From: Podarcis muralis
Lineage: Eukaryota
Direction: 5' to 3'
Length of the DNA stretch: 64,000 bases
Assembly (NCBI RefSeq): GCF_964188315.1
Contig: NC_135659.1
Location: 38,130,001 to 38,194,000 of the forward strand
Shown: positions 63,141-64,000 of the stretch, one piece after another
Layout of the letters: every line of letters begins with the position of its first letter
Numbering within the stretch: the stretch's first letter is position 1
Notes under the pieces: generated by a model
What the model was told of the DNA's origin: nothing
What the model saw: the letters and a program-made list of their open reading frames with translations, nothing else
Database searches by the model: none
Translations under genes and position numbers: made by a program

Positions 63141-63253
63141 CAGGCCAGTATAAGGCAGCTTGCTATGTTCCTGGAGATCTTTGTGAAGCAGGTCATAAAG
63201 GCAACAGATCCCCCCTCCACATCTCTAGCACCTACTGTCTTGTCTGCAAGTTC

Positions 63254-63640
63254 ATAGAATCATAGAATTGTAGAGTTGGAAGGGACCCCCAGGGTCATCT
63301 AGTCCAACCCTCTTCAATGCAAGAATCTCAAGTAAAGCATTCATAACAAATGGCCATCCAATCTTTGCTTTAAAACCTTCCAAGGGAGTCGAGTCCACTG
63401 TTGAAAAGCTCTTGCCGTTGGAAAGTTCTTCCTGATGCTTAGCTGCAATCTCCTTTCTTGTAACTTGAATCCATTGGTTCATGTCCTACCCTCTTGAGCA
63501 GGAGAAAACAAGCTTGCTCCCTCTTCCATGTGACAGCCCTTGAGATATTTGAAGATGGCTATCATATCTCCTCTCAGTCTCCTATTATCTGTGCTAAACA
63601 TACCCAACTCTTTCAACTGTTCCTAAGCTTGGTTGCCAGA
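63254..63640 (-). mobile_element. CR1 3' fragment
   Basis: TCATAGAATCATAGAATTGTAGAGTTGGAAGGGACCCC tail on the left; reverse-strand remnants of the ORF2 C-terminus. Confidence 0.9.
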
Positions 63641-64000
63641 CCCTTGTGTTAAAAAATAATCAGGAAATGTTTATGAGGCTGAGTATAAATGGATGCTATG
63701 TAGTGATCATGAAGTAAGTAGTTCAAAGTCTGATCTCTTCAGCAACAGAGTGTTCACCTGCTATCAGGTGACAAATGGGAGCTGCTGTAAAGTACATGCT
63801 TACATTCCTCTGCTTCTCAAAGCTGTAAGTGTAAAATAACCTGGTTAATGGGATGCTAAAACACCATAATCATTTTCGGCTTCTTCTTTTTAAAAAAGCA
63901 ACAACAAAAAACTTTAGCTAGCTTTGTCGAGATAAATTGATTTACAGCTTCATTCCTCAAGCACATAAAAGTATGGAGACACATACACTTACAATCAGAA

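Overview
Vertebrate non-coding DNA. The repeat content points to a squamate, most likely a lacertid lizard: Sauria SINEs, tRNA-headed Squam-type SINEs, CR1, L2, L1/Tx1 and a Penelope-like insert. This taxon call comes from recognising repeat families, not from a database search. I could not recognise any host protein-coding gene. The long ORFs in the track are either retrotransposon ORF2/RNase H remnants or chance ORFs across repeats and microsatellites, so the window looks like a large intron or intergenic interval. It is heavily colonised by transposons, many with readable target-site duplications (TSDs) and clear nesting order. Best observations: (1) a 140-bp zero-spacer palindrome at 56275-56414, Penelope-like, folded back at what looks like a hammerhead-ribozyme stem; (2) an L1 copy with a perfect 15-bp TSD but several internal deletions, including the catalytic RT core; (3) a possible composite hAT element; (4) a hAT MITE carrying TTAGGG-containing 22-bp repeats; (5) a DIRS/Ngaro-type RNase H relic; (6) a CpG-retaining, CRE-flanked segment near 15.0-15.3 kb holding an open, symmetric 147-nt candidate exon. 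I see no firm evidence for a wholly new biological system.
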